Below, one piece after another: positions 26,421-36,337 of a stretch of DNA of 38,108 bases; the first letter of the stretch is position 1; every line of letters starts with the position of its first letter. This DNA is from a virus (taxonomy: Duplodnaviria; Caudoviricetes): the IMG/VR virus record IMGVR_UViG_3300038520_002504, positions 1-38,108 of that record. The stretch is one strand, 5' to 3'. The notes under the pieces were generated by a model that was given only the letters and a program-made list of their open reading frames with translations, was not told where the DNA came from and ran no database searches. The position numbers and the translations under genes were made by a program.

Positions 26421-28220
26421 TTGCGCGTGTCTACTTATCAGAACGATTCATACGCTGGCATCGTTGCAGCATTCAATGAACTGCGTCTTCGCAATAATGC
26501 TCTACCAAATGAGTATGCGCCAAGTTATGCAGGCATTCGTGATGCAATTTTAGATATTAAAAAAGAGTGGGGCAATATTGGTGTAGGTGACTATCCGCCT
26601 GGCTGGCTGCCTGAAAAGGATTCAGAAGGCAATGTAATTGGTGGTCAATGGCTTAATTATCCTGAGGATGGTGATCTTTGGTTTGACAAACGTCAAGGCC
26701 GAATGATGGTTTGGATTGGCGGTGACTTTCATCAAACAAATGGTGCAGATCAACTGACAGTTCTTTCTGAGACTCAACCTAACAGTGCGCTTGAAGGTGC
26801 ACTATGGTATCAGCCAAGTACTCAAAGTCTGTATTTGTATACAGGCAATCAGTGGACCCTAGTTACATCTACCTCAATCAATACAGATCAGCTAGCACTT
26901 GCATCGACAACTGTAACTGATCTTGCTGGAGTCCCCTCTGTTTTTCCATCGACTACAGGAGTTGACACTCAAAAGGAATTTAATGCATGGTCAATTGATA
27001 CGCTTGAATTTCTGAACACTAAAATTGATAATTCTCAAGGAACATCTGGAGCAACAATTACGGTAAGCGGAAATGCTCCTAGCATCACAGCAGATGGAGA
27101 ACTTTGGTATAACAGCAGCACTCTGCAGTTGTATGTGAGTAGTGGAAGTGTATGGCGAACATCAACGCCTGACTTTAGTCAAGAAACTGAATTCACAACA
27201 CTGCAGTCAACTGTAACAACGCTTTCGTCTACTACATCGACGCAGATTAGTGGACTTGATACAAGGGTTACCACTCTTGAAAATGTTTCTCCAGTTACTT
27301 ATTCGTTAACTACACCTTCAAGCCTTCGTTTGCTTGATAGTGCAGGCAACGCAAGTAATGTGGCAATTACAGGTACAGGAGGAACAACTGTAACCTTTGG
27401 ATCTAACTCAATTGCTTTTGATTCTTCAGCTTTGCAAAGTAGCATCACAACGCTGCAATCAGATCTTTCAACTAAAGCTACTCAAACTGCACTAACTGCT
27501 GTAGAGACTGCAAGTAATGCGGCAGACACAACACTTCAATCCAACATTGATACAAATACTTCATCGATTAGCGCTTTAAGTACAACAGTATCTGGATTGC
27601 CTACAAACTCGGATTTGAATAACTACCTGCTTTTAACGGGAGGAACTCTTTCGGGTGCTTTGAATATGGGAGGACAAGTAATCAATAACGTGTCCGCTCC
27701 AGTGCTTGGAACAGATGCTGCCACACGTCAATATGTGGACGACTTTAAGACATTTGCTGCTGCAACTTATGCCACTATTAGTGGTGCCAGCTTTGCATCA
27801 CTTTCAATTACTACTAATGATGTAACAGTTGCTGGTATTGATTTTAGTTCATCCACAACCGCAAGTAGACAAGCACTCAAACTTGCTAGTGATTCAACCA
27901 ACAATGTGACTTTTGGAAACACAGCTTTTGCTAATGAAATGGCATGGGAGTTTGGTGATACAGAAGATTTCTGCTGGAAGCATGCAACTAATGGAAAGCA
28001 ATTAAGCGTTCGTAGTTCAGGTGTTTATGCCGATAATCTATTTATCACTAATTTTGTTGTTGACAGCAATGGCAACGAAACCTTAGTAAATACCGTAAAT
28101 GTTCAAACCAAACTAAATACTTTAACTACAGCACTTGAAGGAGTTCGAACTGCACTTAATAGCAATACAACTTATTCAGGATTCAAAACTGATGCACTTG
28201 TGGCATTAGCCAACATTTAA
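26421..28220 (+). CDS. Tail fibre-like structural protein
   Basis: TTG start; three G.LW(F/Y) repeats, Ser/Thr-rich coiled coils, YLLLTGGTLSGALNM...DAATRQYVD fibre motif. Confidence 0.7.
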   Translation: MRVSTYQNDSYAGIVAAFNELRLRNNALPNEYAPSYAGIRDAILDIKKEWGNIGVGDYPPGWLPEKDSEGNVIGGQWLNYPEDGDLWFDKRQGRMMVWIGGDFHQTNGADQLTVLSETQPNSALEGALWYQPSTQSLYLYTGNQWTLVTSTSINTDQLALASTTVTDLAGVPSVFPSTTGVDTQKEFNAWSIDTLEFLNTKIDNSQGTSGATITVSGNAPSITADGELWYNSSTLQLYVSSGSVWRTSTPDFSQETEFTTLQSTVTTLSSTTSTQISGLDTRVTTLENVSPVTYSLTTPSSLRLLDSAGNASNVAITGTGGTTVTFGSNSIAFDSSALQSSITTLQSDLSTKATQTALTAVETASNAADTTLQSNIDTNTSSISALSTTVSGLPTNSDLNNYLLLTGGTLSGALNMGGQVINNVSAPVLGTDAATRQYVDDFKTFAAATYATISGASFASLSITTNDVTVAGIDFSSSTTASRQALKLASDSTNNVTFGNTAFANEMAWEFGDTEDFCWKHATNGKQLSVRSSGVYADNLFITNFVVDSNGNETLVNTVNVQTKLNTLTTALEGVRTALNSNTTYSGFKTDALVALANI

Positions 28221-28261
28221 AAAAACAACTGGTTAGTATTTAAATAAATAGCAATAATCAA

Positions 28262-28495
28262 ATGTTTAGCAAAGATGATTTTGACATTCCTTTAGAAGGT
28301 CAATTGAGGCTTAGGGTTATTGCTGATGAAATTAACGAGTGCTCAGATATTGATGAGCTACGTAAGCAATTGATTGTCTCAGCTAAATTAGTAATGACAT
28401 ATCAAAATATTCTTAATCGAATTTTAAAAGAACAAATTGCGAAAAATTTGCAAGATTTCAACAAACTATTGGAAGGGGAAGACAAGTTAAAATAA
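28262..28495 (+). CDS. NblA-like protein (candidate phycobilisome degradation adaptor)
   Basis: 77 aa two-helix protein; IPLEGQLRLRVIADEINECSDIDELRKQL...YQNILNRILKEQ fits the NblA LE.Q...R start and two-helix layout by eye. Confidence 0.45.
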   Translation: MFSKDDFDIPLEGQLRLRVIADEINECSDIDELRKQLIVSAKLVMTYQNILNRILKEQIAKNLQDFNKLLEGEDKLK

Positions 28496-28518
28496 TAAAA
28501 GATGTTGTGTAGTAACAG

Positions 28519-29043
28519 ATGCCATCCGTAGGTGACACCAAAATCGAATTCGGTCGTGCTTGGATTTATCTACAGCCAACCGGTCAAGGCCCAGGAACTT
28601 GGCGGCTAACTGGAGATGACAATGTTGTTAATCCAAATCAAAACACATCGGAGTTCTTGTTCACTGCAACAATGGCTTCTGGAAACATTGCACAGGTTGG
28701 ATCTCTGCTGTATTTGACCTCTACCGGACAAGCTGCTCTTGCTGATGCATCGTCTCTCTCGACAGCACGAATAGCTGGTGCAGCAACAACAACAGCCACA
28801 GGCGGGACGACTGTCACTTACACAAGCTCGTTGCCTATTACATCTCTTTCTGCTTCAGCAGTAGTTGATGGTTCTCCAGCCAATCTTACGCCAGGTACGT
28901 TGTATTACTTAAGTTCTACAACACCAGGCAACTACACTACAACTCCTGATACAACTACAGCAGGATCTGTTCTTATTCAAGCTGGTGTAGCCCTAGACAC
29001 TAATGAAATGAACATTGAAATTTCTGCACCCTTGGTAATTTGA
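28519..29043 (+). CDS. Small virion structural protein (cement/fibre-like)
   Basis: GSLLYLTSTGQAALADA...LTPGTLYYLS.TTPG..TTTP...GVALDT motif typical of phage structural domains. Confidence 0.6.
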   Translation: MPSVGDTKIEFGRAWIYLQPTGQGPGTWRLTGDDNVVNPNQNTSEFLFTATMASGNIAQVGSLLYLTSTGQAALADASSLSTARIAGAATTTATGGTTVTYTSSLPITSLSASAVVDGSPANLTPGTLYYLSSTTPGNYTTTPDTTTAGSVLIQAGVALDTNEMNIEISAPLVI

Positions 29044-29044
29044 T

Positions 29045-30106
29045 ATGGCTGACAGAAGAATTACTGTTCTCAATCCTGTAGGTTATCAAGAAGTCTTGCA
29101 GTCAACAGATCGTCTGTTTATTGATTCAGACTCACGATTTGCAGGTGCTGATTTTACGCAAAACGTTACTTTTACCACAGGCAGCTTTTCAGGCAACGTC
29201 ACTATTAATGGGACTCCTAGTGCCAACACGGATGCAGCTACTGTCGGGTTTGTAAATACCTCTGTAAGTAATGTCACATTAACTGCACAGCTACCAGTTT
29301 ATCTAGACAATCAAGTTATTAAAATAAACTCTGGCAATACTACAGATAAAGGTATTGTTCGTTTTGCAACTAATGCAGAAGCACTTGCCGGATCTTCAGT
29401 TGCTGCAGCAGTAACTCCAGATCAAATGGTCTTTGCCTTGAATGGTGTTGCTGTATCTGGTGTTGCTCCAATTCAAGTAACAGAAACAAGTGATAACAAT
29501 TTCCAAGTTACAGTTGCCTACGCTACCAGTGGTGCAAACGGTGTTATTCAAATTGCAACTGATTCAGAAGTAACTGCTGGCACAGTAGAGAATGTTGCAG
29601 TTAATCCTAAACAAGTAAAAGATGCGATTGACGCCATTCCATATGCAACAGATTCTTCTAACGGAGTAATTCGTATTGCTACTGCGTCCGAGCTATCTGC
29701 AGGGACAAATAATACAACTGCAGTTACACCTGCTCAAGTTGCACAAGTTGTCGGTGATGTTGATGTAACTGTCAGCCTTCCATTAACAGTCCAGCAAACT
29801 GGAACAGTTTTTGATTTTGATATCAACTACGCATCTCAGACTGCTGACGGGACAATTCGTATTGCAACTTCTGCTGAAATGACAGCGGGAACTTCTACAA
29901 ATACTGTTGTCACTCCGGCAGCTCTTGAAACACGCTTAGGCGGAATACAAATTGTCGATGGAACTACAACTACAAAAGGTCTTGTTCGTTTAGCAACTAA
30001 TTCAGAAACAATTGCAGGAACAGAGTCAGCAGCAGCAGTTGTTCCGTCATCACTTAGAGCAGCTTTGGATGATGCCAACTATGTATTAGATGGTGGATCG
30101 TATTGA
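29045..30106 (+). CDS. Tail fibre protein with five T4 gp12/gp34-type repeats
   Basis: KGIVRFATNAE, NGVIQIATDSE, NGVIRIATASE, DGTIRIATSAE, KGLVRLATNSE, each followed by AV(T/N/V)P-like motifs. Confidence 0.8.
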   Translation: MADRRITVLNPVGYQEVLQSTDRLFIDSDSRFAGADFTQNVTFTTGSFSGNVTINGTPSANTDAATVGFVNTSVSNVTLTAQLPVYLDNQVIKINSGNTTDKGIVRFATNAEALAGSSVAAAVTPDQMVFALNGVAVSGVAPIQVTETSDNNFQVTVAYATSGANGVIQIATDSEVTAGTVENVAVNPKQVKDAIDAIPYATDSSNGVIRIATASELSAGTNNTTAVTPAQVAQVVGDVDVTVSLPLTVQQTGTVFDFDINYASQTADGTIRIATSAEMTAGTSTNTVVTPAALETRLGGIQIVDGTTTTKGLVRLATNSETIAGTESAAAVVPSSLRAALDDANYVLDGGSY

Positions 30107-30152
30107 TTAGAATAGTATCAGGATTTTTATCCAGTAGTTATAGGTTGTTACC

Positions 30153-33002
30153 ATGAGACTTCAACTTAAGCGGTCAAATGTGCTGGCCAGTGGTGCTGCA
30201 AAAACGCCCACTGCTAGTCAGTTAGAATACGGCGAACTTGCAATCAACTACAACACAGATGATCCTGCAATCTTTTTAAAAGACAGCAATAATAACGTTA
30301 TTAGAATTAGTGGTGTAGGAAATATTGCCGATGATGGACAAGTAGAACTTCCTGCTACTACGACTCCACCCTCTAATCCTCAGTCCGGAAATCTGTGGTA
30401 TAACTCAGATGATGGTCGTCTGTATATCTATTACACGGATGCTGATAGTTCTCAGTGGGTAGATGCTAGCCCTGATAGTTGGGATCCTACTGTTCTACCA
30501 GATACAACTAATAGTAATTCTCAATCAGGTACACTTGATGATCGTTACCTGATGTTGAATTCAGGAAATGATCCAGTGACTGGTGGATTAAATATTACTG
30601 GAGGCAACGTTGGTATTGGCACAACTAGTCCCGGCGATAAGTTATCTATTGTTAGCACTTCTGGTTCGGCTAGCACAAGTATCACAGCGGCTGGCAATGC
30701 ATCTTTAGTGCTAGATTCTAATGTTGGTGGTACAAGTGGTAATCAACTTTCTTTTATTGATTTTAAAAACAACGGCACCGTTAAGGCCAACATTAGTATA
30801 AATGAAGGTGTTACAGGTCAACCGCTAGAGATTAATTCTGCAACTAGTAATAATGTCGTTGTTGCAACCGGCGGCGGCAACATTGGCGTGGGCACGAGTA
30901 GTCCTTCTCAAAAACTTGAAGTGGCAGGCAACGTAAATGTTGTTGGCGGAGGAAACCTCTTTATGCAAACTGGCGCCAGAGTTCAATTTGGAACAAGTAA
31001 CGCAGCCAGTGTTATTGGTGCAGAGGGTTCTAATGGATATCTTGCGTTAGCTGCCAATACTGAGCACATGAGGATTTTAGCCAACGGTAACGTTGGTATC
31101 GGTGAAACAGCCCCTGGAAATAAACTTGTTGTAAGAGGAAATCCACTATTCGGCCCGACTAATACAACAGATCAATTCCAGGGTTTATCGTTCGTACACG
31201 GCAAAGACAGTTCAGCTGCATTAGCTATAAATTTCATTGATTTTAGGAACAACCTCAACGTTGCAGATACCCACATTTTCTCTGAACATAATACAGACGG
31301 TAGTTCAATTCTTCTTTTTGGAACTACAGCTGCTGGCGCAAGAAATACAGATCGTCGTTCTGAAAAAATGCGCATTAATGGCAACGGCAACGTTGGTATC
31401 GGGACGACTAGTCCCAGCATGTTGTTGGACGTTCGTGGCGATAGCGATCCACAAATTAAAGTATCTGCAGCTAATACTGGAATGCTGCCCACCAGCGCTG
31501 GACTATATATTGAAAACCAAGGACAACGGAACTGGCAAATCTGGGCAGATAGATCTTCAGATCAATTAAGAATTGGTCATAACAGCAGAGCTAATACAGT
31601 CGTTTCAGTTACTGATTCAAGAGTGGGCATTAATACAAGCTCTCCCGTTGCTAAGCTGCATGCAGTGCGAGATGATGACGGGATTGTTTCAGTTTTTACT
31701 CGCGCAAATTCAATTGGCGGTGGTGCAGAAATCCGTGTAAATAACGGATACACAAGTGCTCAGCCGATCTATGCATTTTGGTATAACAATGGCACTGGTA
31801 TTGGCAACCCTGCAAATGGCCAAATAAGCCTAATTAGCAACGGCAATGAGCGAGTCCGATTAAACTCAAGTGGTTACGTCGGAATAGGCACAAATTCTCC
31901 CGGCTATCTGCTAGACGTACAAGGCTATGGACGTTTTGGCGAGACCAATGGATTGGGACTGATTCAGTTAGGTAAAAGTAGCGATACTTTTAGAAACTAT
32001 CATATGGGTGCAGATTCCGGCGGTGGTTGGCAAGTATGGAACGGTAACATCGGATCTGGTACTAGTAAGTTGGTAGTTGCTAGCAACGGAGATTTAACAA
32101 CTTATGGCAACTTTTTTGTACGCGGCAGTGCTGCGACTGAAGGTGGTCATATTGAACTAAAAAACCCAAACCGTACTGACACTGGCGCCACTATTGACGT
32201 TTCAAGCGCTGATGTCACTCGCTGGTTTTCGGTTCGTAATAACACGCTTTTTCAAATCGGTCAGATTGGCGGAACTGGCGGCAATATCCGGCTTTATACG
32301 TCTGCAGTGCAAAGAATGAGAATAGAAAACAATGGACACGTTTTATTTCATCAAGACTCATCAAGCGTACCCGGATTAGGAAACACAACAGAAGGCGCAT
32401 CTTTTAATAAAGCTGCCGATGGATCAACATTATTTGTTTCTAGGGGTGCTAGTGCGCCCTGTGTCCTTAATAGAAACAGTACTGGAAACGTCATGCGTTT
32501 CATGAGGAGTGGTAATGAACATGGCCGGATTATTCTGAACAGCAATGGTACTGTATCTTTTACCAACAACTCAGATTATCGACTAAAAGAAAATGTTGTT
32601 GTTCTAGATAACGCAATCGATCGTGTTAAACAGCTTCTGCCAAAGCGTTTTAACTTTATTAATAGCTCTCTTACTGTTGATGGTTTTCTTGCTCATGAAG
32701 CACAAACCGTTGTACCAGAAGCTGTAGAGGGCTCACATAATGAGACAGAACCCATTGGTACTCTCACTGAGTGGGATGGGACTGTTCTTGAAACTGATGT
32801 TGTTGAGCCTGACGATTTAACTTGGGAAGAAGCAGTTACTGATGAAGATGGTAACCAATCTACTGAAACTCGAACTCGTACTTGGACGCAGACTGGCACT
32901 CAACCTGTCTATCAAGGCATTGACCAAGCTAAATTAGTACCATTGCTGACTGCTGCTTTGCAAGAGGCAATTACGAGGATTGAAGCTCTTGAAAATGCTT
33001 GA
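30153..33002 (+). CDS. Long tail fibre protein with C-terminal Peptidase_S74 chaperone
   Basis: N-terminal LQLKRS...LEYGELAINY; multiple GNVGIGT repeats; SDYRLKENV...DGFLAHEAQ...IDQAKLVPLLTAALQEA. Confidence 0.9.
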   Translation: MRLQLKRSNVLASGAAKTPTASQLEYGELAINYNTDDPAIFLKDSNNNVIRISGVGNIADDGQVELPATTTPPSNPQSGNLWYNSDDGRLYIYYTDADSSQWVDASPDSWDPTVLPDTTNSNSQSGTLDDRYLMLNSGNDPVTGGLNITGGNVGIGTTSPGDKLSIVSTSGSASTSITAAGNASLVLDSNVGGTSGNQLSFIDFKNNGTVKANISINEGVTGQPLEINSATSNNVVVATGGGNIGVGTSSPSQKLEVAGNVNVVGGGNLFMQTGARVQFGTSNAASVIGAEGSNGYLALAANTEHMRILANGNVGIGETAPGNKLVVRGNPLFGPTNTTDQFQGLSFVHGKDSSAALAINFIDFRNNLNVADTHIFSEHNTDGSSILLFGTTAAGARNTDRRSEKMRINGNGNVGIGTTSPSMLLDVRGDSDPQIKVSAANTGMLPTSAGLYIENQGQRNWQIWADRSSDQLRIGHNSRANTVVSVTDSRVGINTSSPVAKLHAVRDDDGIVSVFTRANSIGGGAEIRVNNGYTSAQPIYAFWYNNGTGIGNPANGQISLISNGNERVRLNSSGYVGIGTNSPGYLLDVQGYGRFGETNGLGLIQLGKSSDTFRNYHMGADSGGGWQVWNGNIGSGTSKLVVASNGDLTTYGNFFVRGSAATEGGHIELKNPNRTDTGATIDVSSADVTRWFSVRNNTLFQIGQIGGTGGNIRLYTSAVQRMRIENNGHVLFHQDSSSVPGLGNTTEGASFNKAADGSTLFVSRGASAPCVLNRNSTGNVMRFMRSGNEHGRIILNSNGTVSFTNNSDYRLKENVVVLDNAIDRVKQLLPKRFNFINSSLTVDGFLAHEAQTVVPEAVEGSHNETEPIGTLTEWDGTVLETDVVEPDDLTWEEAVTDEDGNQSTETRTRTWTQTGTQPVYQGIDQAKLVPLLTAALQEAITRIEALENA

Positions 33003-33046
33003 TAGGTTCAAGTCTTTTACAATAGTAGTATCAAAAGGAATTAGAA

Positions 33047-35254
33047 ATGGCTCAGATTAATTTTCCTACTGCAACATCTAACGGACAAACGTTTGAAGCA
33101 GACAACGGTGTTATTTACACTTATGTAGGCACACCGCCTAATGGATTCTGGTCTGGATCTTTTCAAGCTACTGGACTAACTACACTTGACGCTCGTTTTC
33201 TAAAACTTGATTCAAGCAATGATCCTGTCACTGGCGGTTTAAATATTACTGGTGGCAACGTTGGTATTGGGATGAGTAATCCTGCATTTCCTTTAGAGGT
33301 CAATCGAACTGATACAGGCACTGTTGTTTCCAGTTTTGAATCGGCGACAACTTCGGCTTGGGTTAATATCGCTTCTACAAATACTGATACTCTGAATGTC
33401 AGGATTGGTGCTACAGGTAATGACGCTGTAATCCAAGCTGGTGGTGGCGAAGCCGTGCGCATCGCTTCCGGCGGCAAAGTTGGTATCGGGACAACTACCC
33501 CTGGCGCTTACGATTCTACTTCAAATAATTTAGTTGTTGGAGAAGCTGGAACAGGTGACCGTGGTATCACTATTGCTTCAGGCACCAGTCATCGCGGCAC
33601 CGTTATGTTTGCTGATGGCACCAGTGGATTGGGTGAATACGCTGGCTATCTTCAATACAACCATAATGGAGATTTCTTAGCAATCGCTACCAATAATTCT
33701 GAAGCCATGCGCATCACGAGTGCGGGCAACGTTGGTATTGGGACGAGTAGTCCTGATGCAAAGCTAGTAATTAGTGAGCCAGTTGGTAGCACTATTCCTG
33801 CCAAGATGAAGTTTGTAAATTCAGGAGATAGAGGAGTAACTGTTGGATTTGATGATCATAATACAGCGCCAGCCTTCTGCGTTTCTAATGGAGATCAGAG
33901 CATTCACTTCATGAGCATCGATAGCAATGGCAAAGTTGCTATTGGCACTACCGACATCAACGCAAAACTTACCGTTTCTTCTGGTGATGTAGGATTTACT
34001 ACAGGAGTCGACGCTGATGAACTATTTCTTGAGAATACAGATCATTGCGGAATGACGATTGGCTGCGGGCCTAATAAAACAGGCAATATTTACTTTGGTG
34101 AACAGGGAGTGGGAGTTAGCCGTGGCGCAATTGTGTATAACACAAATGGCGATTCCCTTGCCTTCAGCACTGCTGGGCTTACAAATGAGAAGATGCGTAT
34201 TACTAGTGCGGGTCTGGTAGGTATTGGGACGGCTAATCCGATTCAAAAACTTACTGTTAGTGGAACAGCAAATAACACCATTGACGAAACTACAGGGACG
34301 TTAAGGCTTCAAGCAACTGGTGGTAACGGGATGCTGTTTGGCACTTTAGCTTCATCTCCCTACACTTCTTACATTCAATCAGCGTTTGTAGCAGACACAA
34401 GCGCTGCTCGATATGCTTTATCGCTCAATCCAATTGGCGGCGGCGTCGGCATCGGAACTACTAATCCTAGCAGTATTCTTCATGTTGGTGGCACAGTAAA
34501 CTCGAGTAACTATATAACCTTTGGCAAGAGAGTTTCTGCCACCGCAACAAACAGGCCAGTTATTGGTCAAACTTCAACCACCGGAGTAAATAACGACCTT
34601 GGAATCTGTGCAACCAGCACTGGTGGCTCTATCCGCTTCTACACAGGAAACGGAACTGCTGGTTTTGGTGCGGGTTCAAACGCTGAGCGTTTTAGGATTG
34701 ATGGATCTGGCAACATGGTCTTTGGCGGTGAGTCCACTGGCATTAATCCTGTTGCAAGCAACCAAAAAGGTATTGCATTTAGAACTGCTGGCAATATTCT
34801 TACAAATACCTTAAACAATAACGCACCTCACCAGTTCCGTCGCAACACCACTGGACACTTGGTCCGGTTTCATATGAATACCACGAGTACTCTTGGGTCT
34901 ATTGCTGTTAGTGCAACTTCAACTTCCTATAACACCACCTCAGATTATCGTCTAAAAGAAAATATTGTCAGCATCGATAATGCTTCTGAGCGTATACTTG
35001 GATTGAAGCCTCGACGCTTTAACTTTATTTCAAATCCAGAAGAAACTGTTGACGGTTTCATTGCTCATGAAGCAAAGGAAATTGTTCCAGAATGTGTCGA
35101 AGGTGAGAAAGACGCTGTAGATGAAGAAGGCAATCCTGTGTATCAAGGTATTGACCAAGCAAAACTAGTACCGCTGCTGACTGCCGGATTGCAAGAAGCA
35201 CTAGTTAAAATCGAAACTCTTGAGCAACGCTTGGCTGATGCTGGTATTGAGTAA
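33047..35254 (+). CDS. Second tail fibre protein with C-terminal Peptidase_S74 chaperone
   Basis: AQINFP N-terminus; G.VGIGT repeats; SDYRLKENI...DGFIAHEAK...IDQAKLVPLLTAGLQEA. Confidence 0.9.
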   Translation: MAQINFPTATSNGQTFEADNGVIYTYVGTPPNGFWSGSFQATGLTTLDARFLKLDSSNDPVTGGLNITGGNVGIGMSNPAFPLEVNRTDTGTVVSSFESATTSAWVNIASTNTDTLNVRIGATGNDAVIQAGGGEAVRIASGGKVGIGTTTPGAYDSTSNNLVVGEAGTGDRGITIASGTSHRGTVMFADGTSGLGEYAGYLQYNHNGDFLAIATNNSEAMRITSAGNVGIGTSSPDAKLVISEPVGSTIPAKMKFVNSGDRGVTVGFDDHNTAPAFCVSNGDQSIHFMSIDSNGKVAIGTTDINAKLTVSSGDVGFTTGVDADELFLENTDHCGMTIGCGPNKTGNIYFGEQGVGVSRGAIVYNTNGDSLAFSTAGLTNEKMRITSAGLVGIGTANPIQKLTVSGTANNTIDETTGTLRLQATGGNGMLFGTLASSPYTSYIQSAFVADTSAARYALSLNPIGGGVGIGTTNPSSILHVGGTVNSSNYITFGKRVSATATNRPVIGQTSTTGVNNDLGICATSTGGSIRFYTGNGTAGFGAGSNAERFRIDGSGNMVFGGESTGINPVASNQKGIAFRTAGNILTNTLNNNAPHQFRRNTTGHLVRFHMNTTSTLGSIAVSATSTSYNTTSDYRLKENIVSIDNASERILGLKPRRFNFISNPEETVDGFIAHEAKEIVPECVEGEKDAVDEEGNPVYQGIDQAKLVPLLTAGLQEALVKIETLEQRLADAGIE

Positions 35255-35280
35255 TTATTAAAGCAAGGTTTACAGAACAA

Positions 35281-35303
35281 GGCCCCTATACAGGGGCTTT
35301 TTT
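35281..35303 (+). terminator. Rho-independent terminator
   Basis: gcccct-atac-aggggc followed by tttttt. Confidence 0.85.
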
Positions 35304-35333
35304 GTTAGATTAAAACTTGATTATTTTATATAA

Positions 35334-35504
35334 ATGGCCTGTAAGGAATCTGAACTGGTAGAAGCAATCAACTCTTATGCTGCTGCCCGCACAACTGGCG
35401 ATACCAAACTTCAGCAATTCTCCGCTTCTTATCTTCAGCAAGTGATTAAAACTCTTGAGTTTAGTCCTGAAGACGAAGTGGAAGAAGAAGAAACCGCTGA
35501 GTAA
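35334..35504 (+). CDS. Small acidic hypothetical protein (56 aa, not in the ORF track)
   Basis: ATG 35334 to TAA 35504: MACKESELVEAINSYAAARTTGDTKLQQFSASYLQQVIKTLEFSPEDEVEEEETAE; fills the gap exactly. Confidence 0.75.
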   Translation: MACKESELVEAINSYAAARTTGDTKLQQFSASYLQQVIKTLEFSPEDEVEEEETAE

Positions 35505-36272
35505 TTAGTCCCCTGGATATTGCAGCCCAAGGACGTCAAATGCCCCACGGCTGTAGTGCCTGCGTGCTTGATAACCATTGGGTAAATAACGGCCATTCAC
35601 TCGCTGACCCACACGGTCAACGGGTGGATTTGTTGCGCAGTATTCGTTCATCTTGTTGTTATACCACCAGTGCCCGCTAATTGACCACGGGTATTTTTTA
35701 CTGGTGTGAGTTTTGCCAACTTCTATAATTTTAGAATCGTAGTCACCTTTCTTTTGCAGATAATCAGAGAAAGCCTGATGATTATAACGCCCGGTTACTT
35801 GAATCCAGCCAGTTCCAGCAAACTTGACGCCATCACCGGGATAAATATTGCCTAGATCTTTTCGCCATTCGTAGTTAGAGCCGTCGTGAATTTCTACGTC
35901 ATATTTAAGTCCTGCACTTTCATGGGCACACTGGCCAAGAAAATATGCAATGCTCTTAAGATCCATGTCGTAGAGATCAACACAACGAGCAAAATCATCC
36001 ATCAATTCATCTGACAAGCTGCTGGATTTACATCCCATAATGCTTGCCATTTGATTTTTAGTAATTGGCCATTGTTTTTCTGGAACAGACTCAGTAGGTT
36101 GTTGAACTTTATTTCGGTACTTGAGAACCCAATCACTTTGATCATCAAGATATACAGCGCAGACATTGCCTTCTAACCCAGAATATAATTCTTCAATGGC
36201 ACGAATTTGATGCTCTTCTTCGTTGTAATACTTGAAGAAGTTTTTAAATGTTTCTAAGGTGAGTTTGGCCAT
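35505..36272 (-). CDS. Glycoside hydrolase family 19 (chitinase-like) endolysin
   Basis: AYFLGQCAHESAGL...YEWRKDLGNIYPGDGVKFAGTGWIQVTGRYNH...SGHWW. Confidence 0.88.
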   Translation of the reverse strand: MAKLTLETFKNFFKYYNEEEHQIRAIEELYSGLEGNVCAVYLDDQSDWVLKYRNKVQQPTESVPEKQWPITKNQMASIMGCKSSSLSDELMDDFARCVDLYDMDLKSIAYFLGQCAHESAGLKYDVEIHDGSNYEWRKDLGNIYPGDGVKFAGTGWIQVTGRYNHQAFSDYLQKKGDYDSKIIEVGKTHTSKKYPWSISGHWWYNNKMNEYCATNPPVDRVGQRVNGRYLPNGYQARRHYSRGAFDVLGLQYPGD

Positions 36273-36296
36273 ATTGATTCTAAATCGTGTACCACA

Positions 36297-36313
36297 ATTC
36301 TAACTTGTAGAAT
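36297..36313. promoter_or_regulatory. Back-to-back -10 elements (bidirectional promoter)
   Basis: ATTCTA-acttg-TAGAAT between divergent starts at 36272 and 36338. Confidence 0.65.
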
Positions 36314-36337
36314 GTAAGCAACCCTTGGATGTAATTA

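Noticed and set aside
30153-35254. Diversity-generating retroelement (TR/VR pair) in the fibre genes
   Set aside because: Differences between the shared blocks are mostly synonymous and not adenine-specific; no reverse transcriptase in the window
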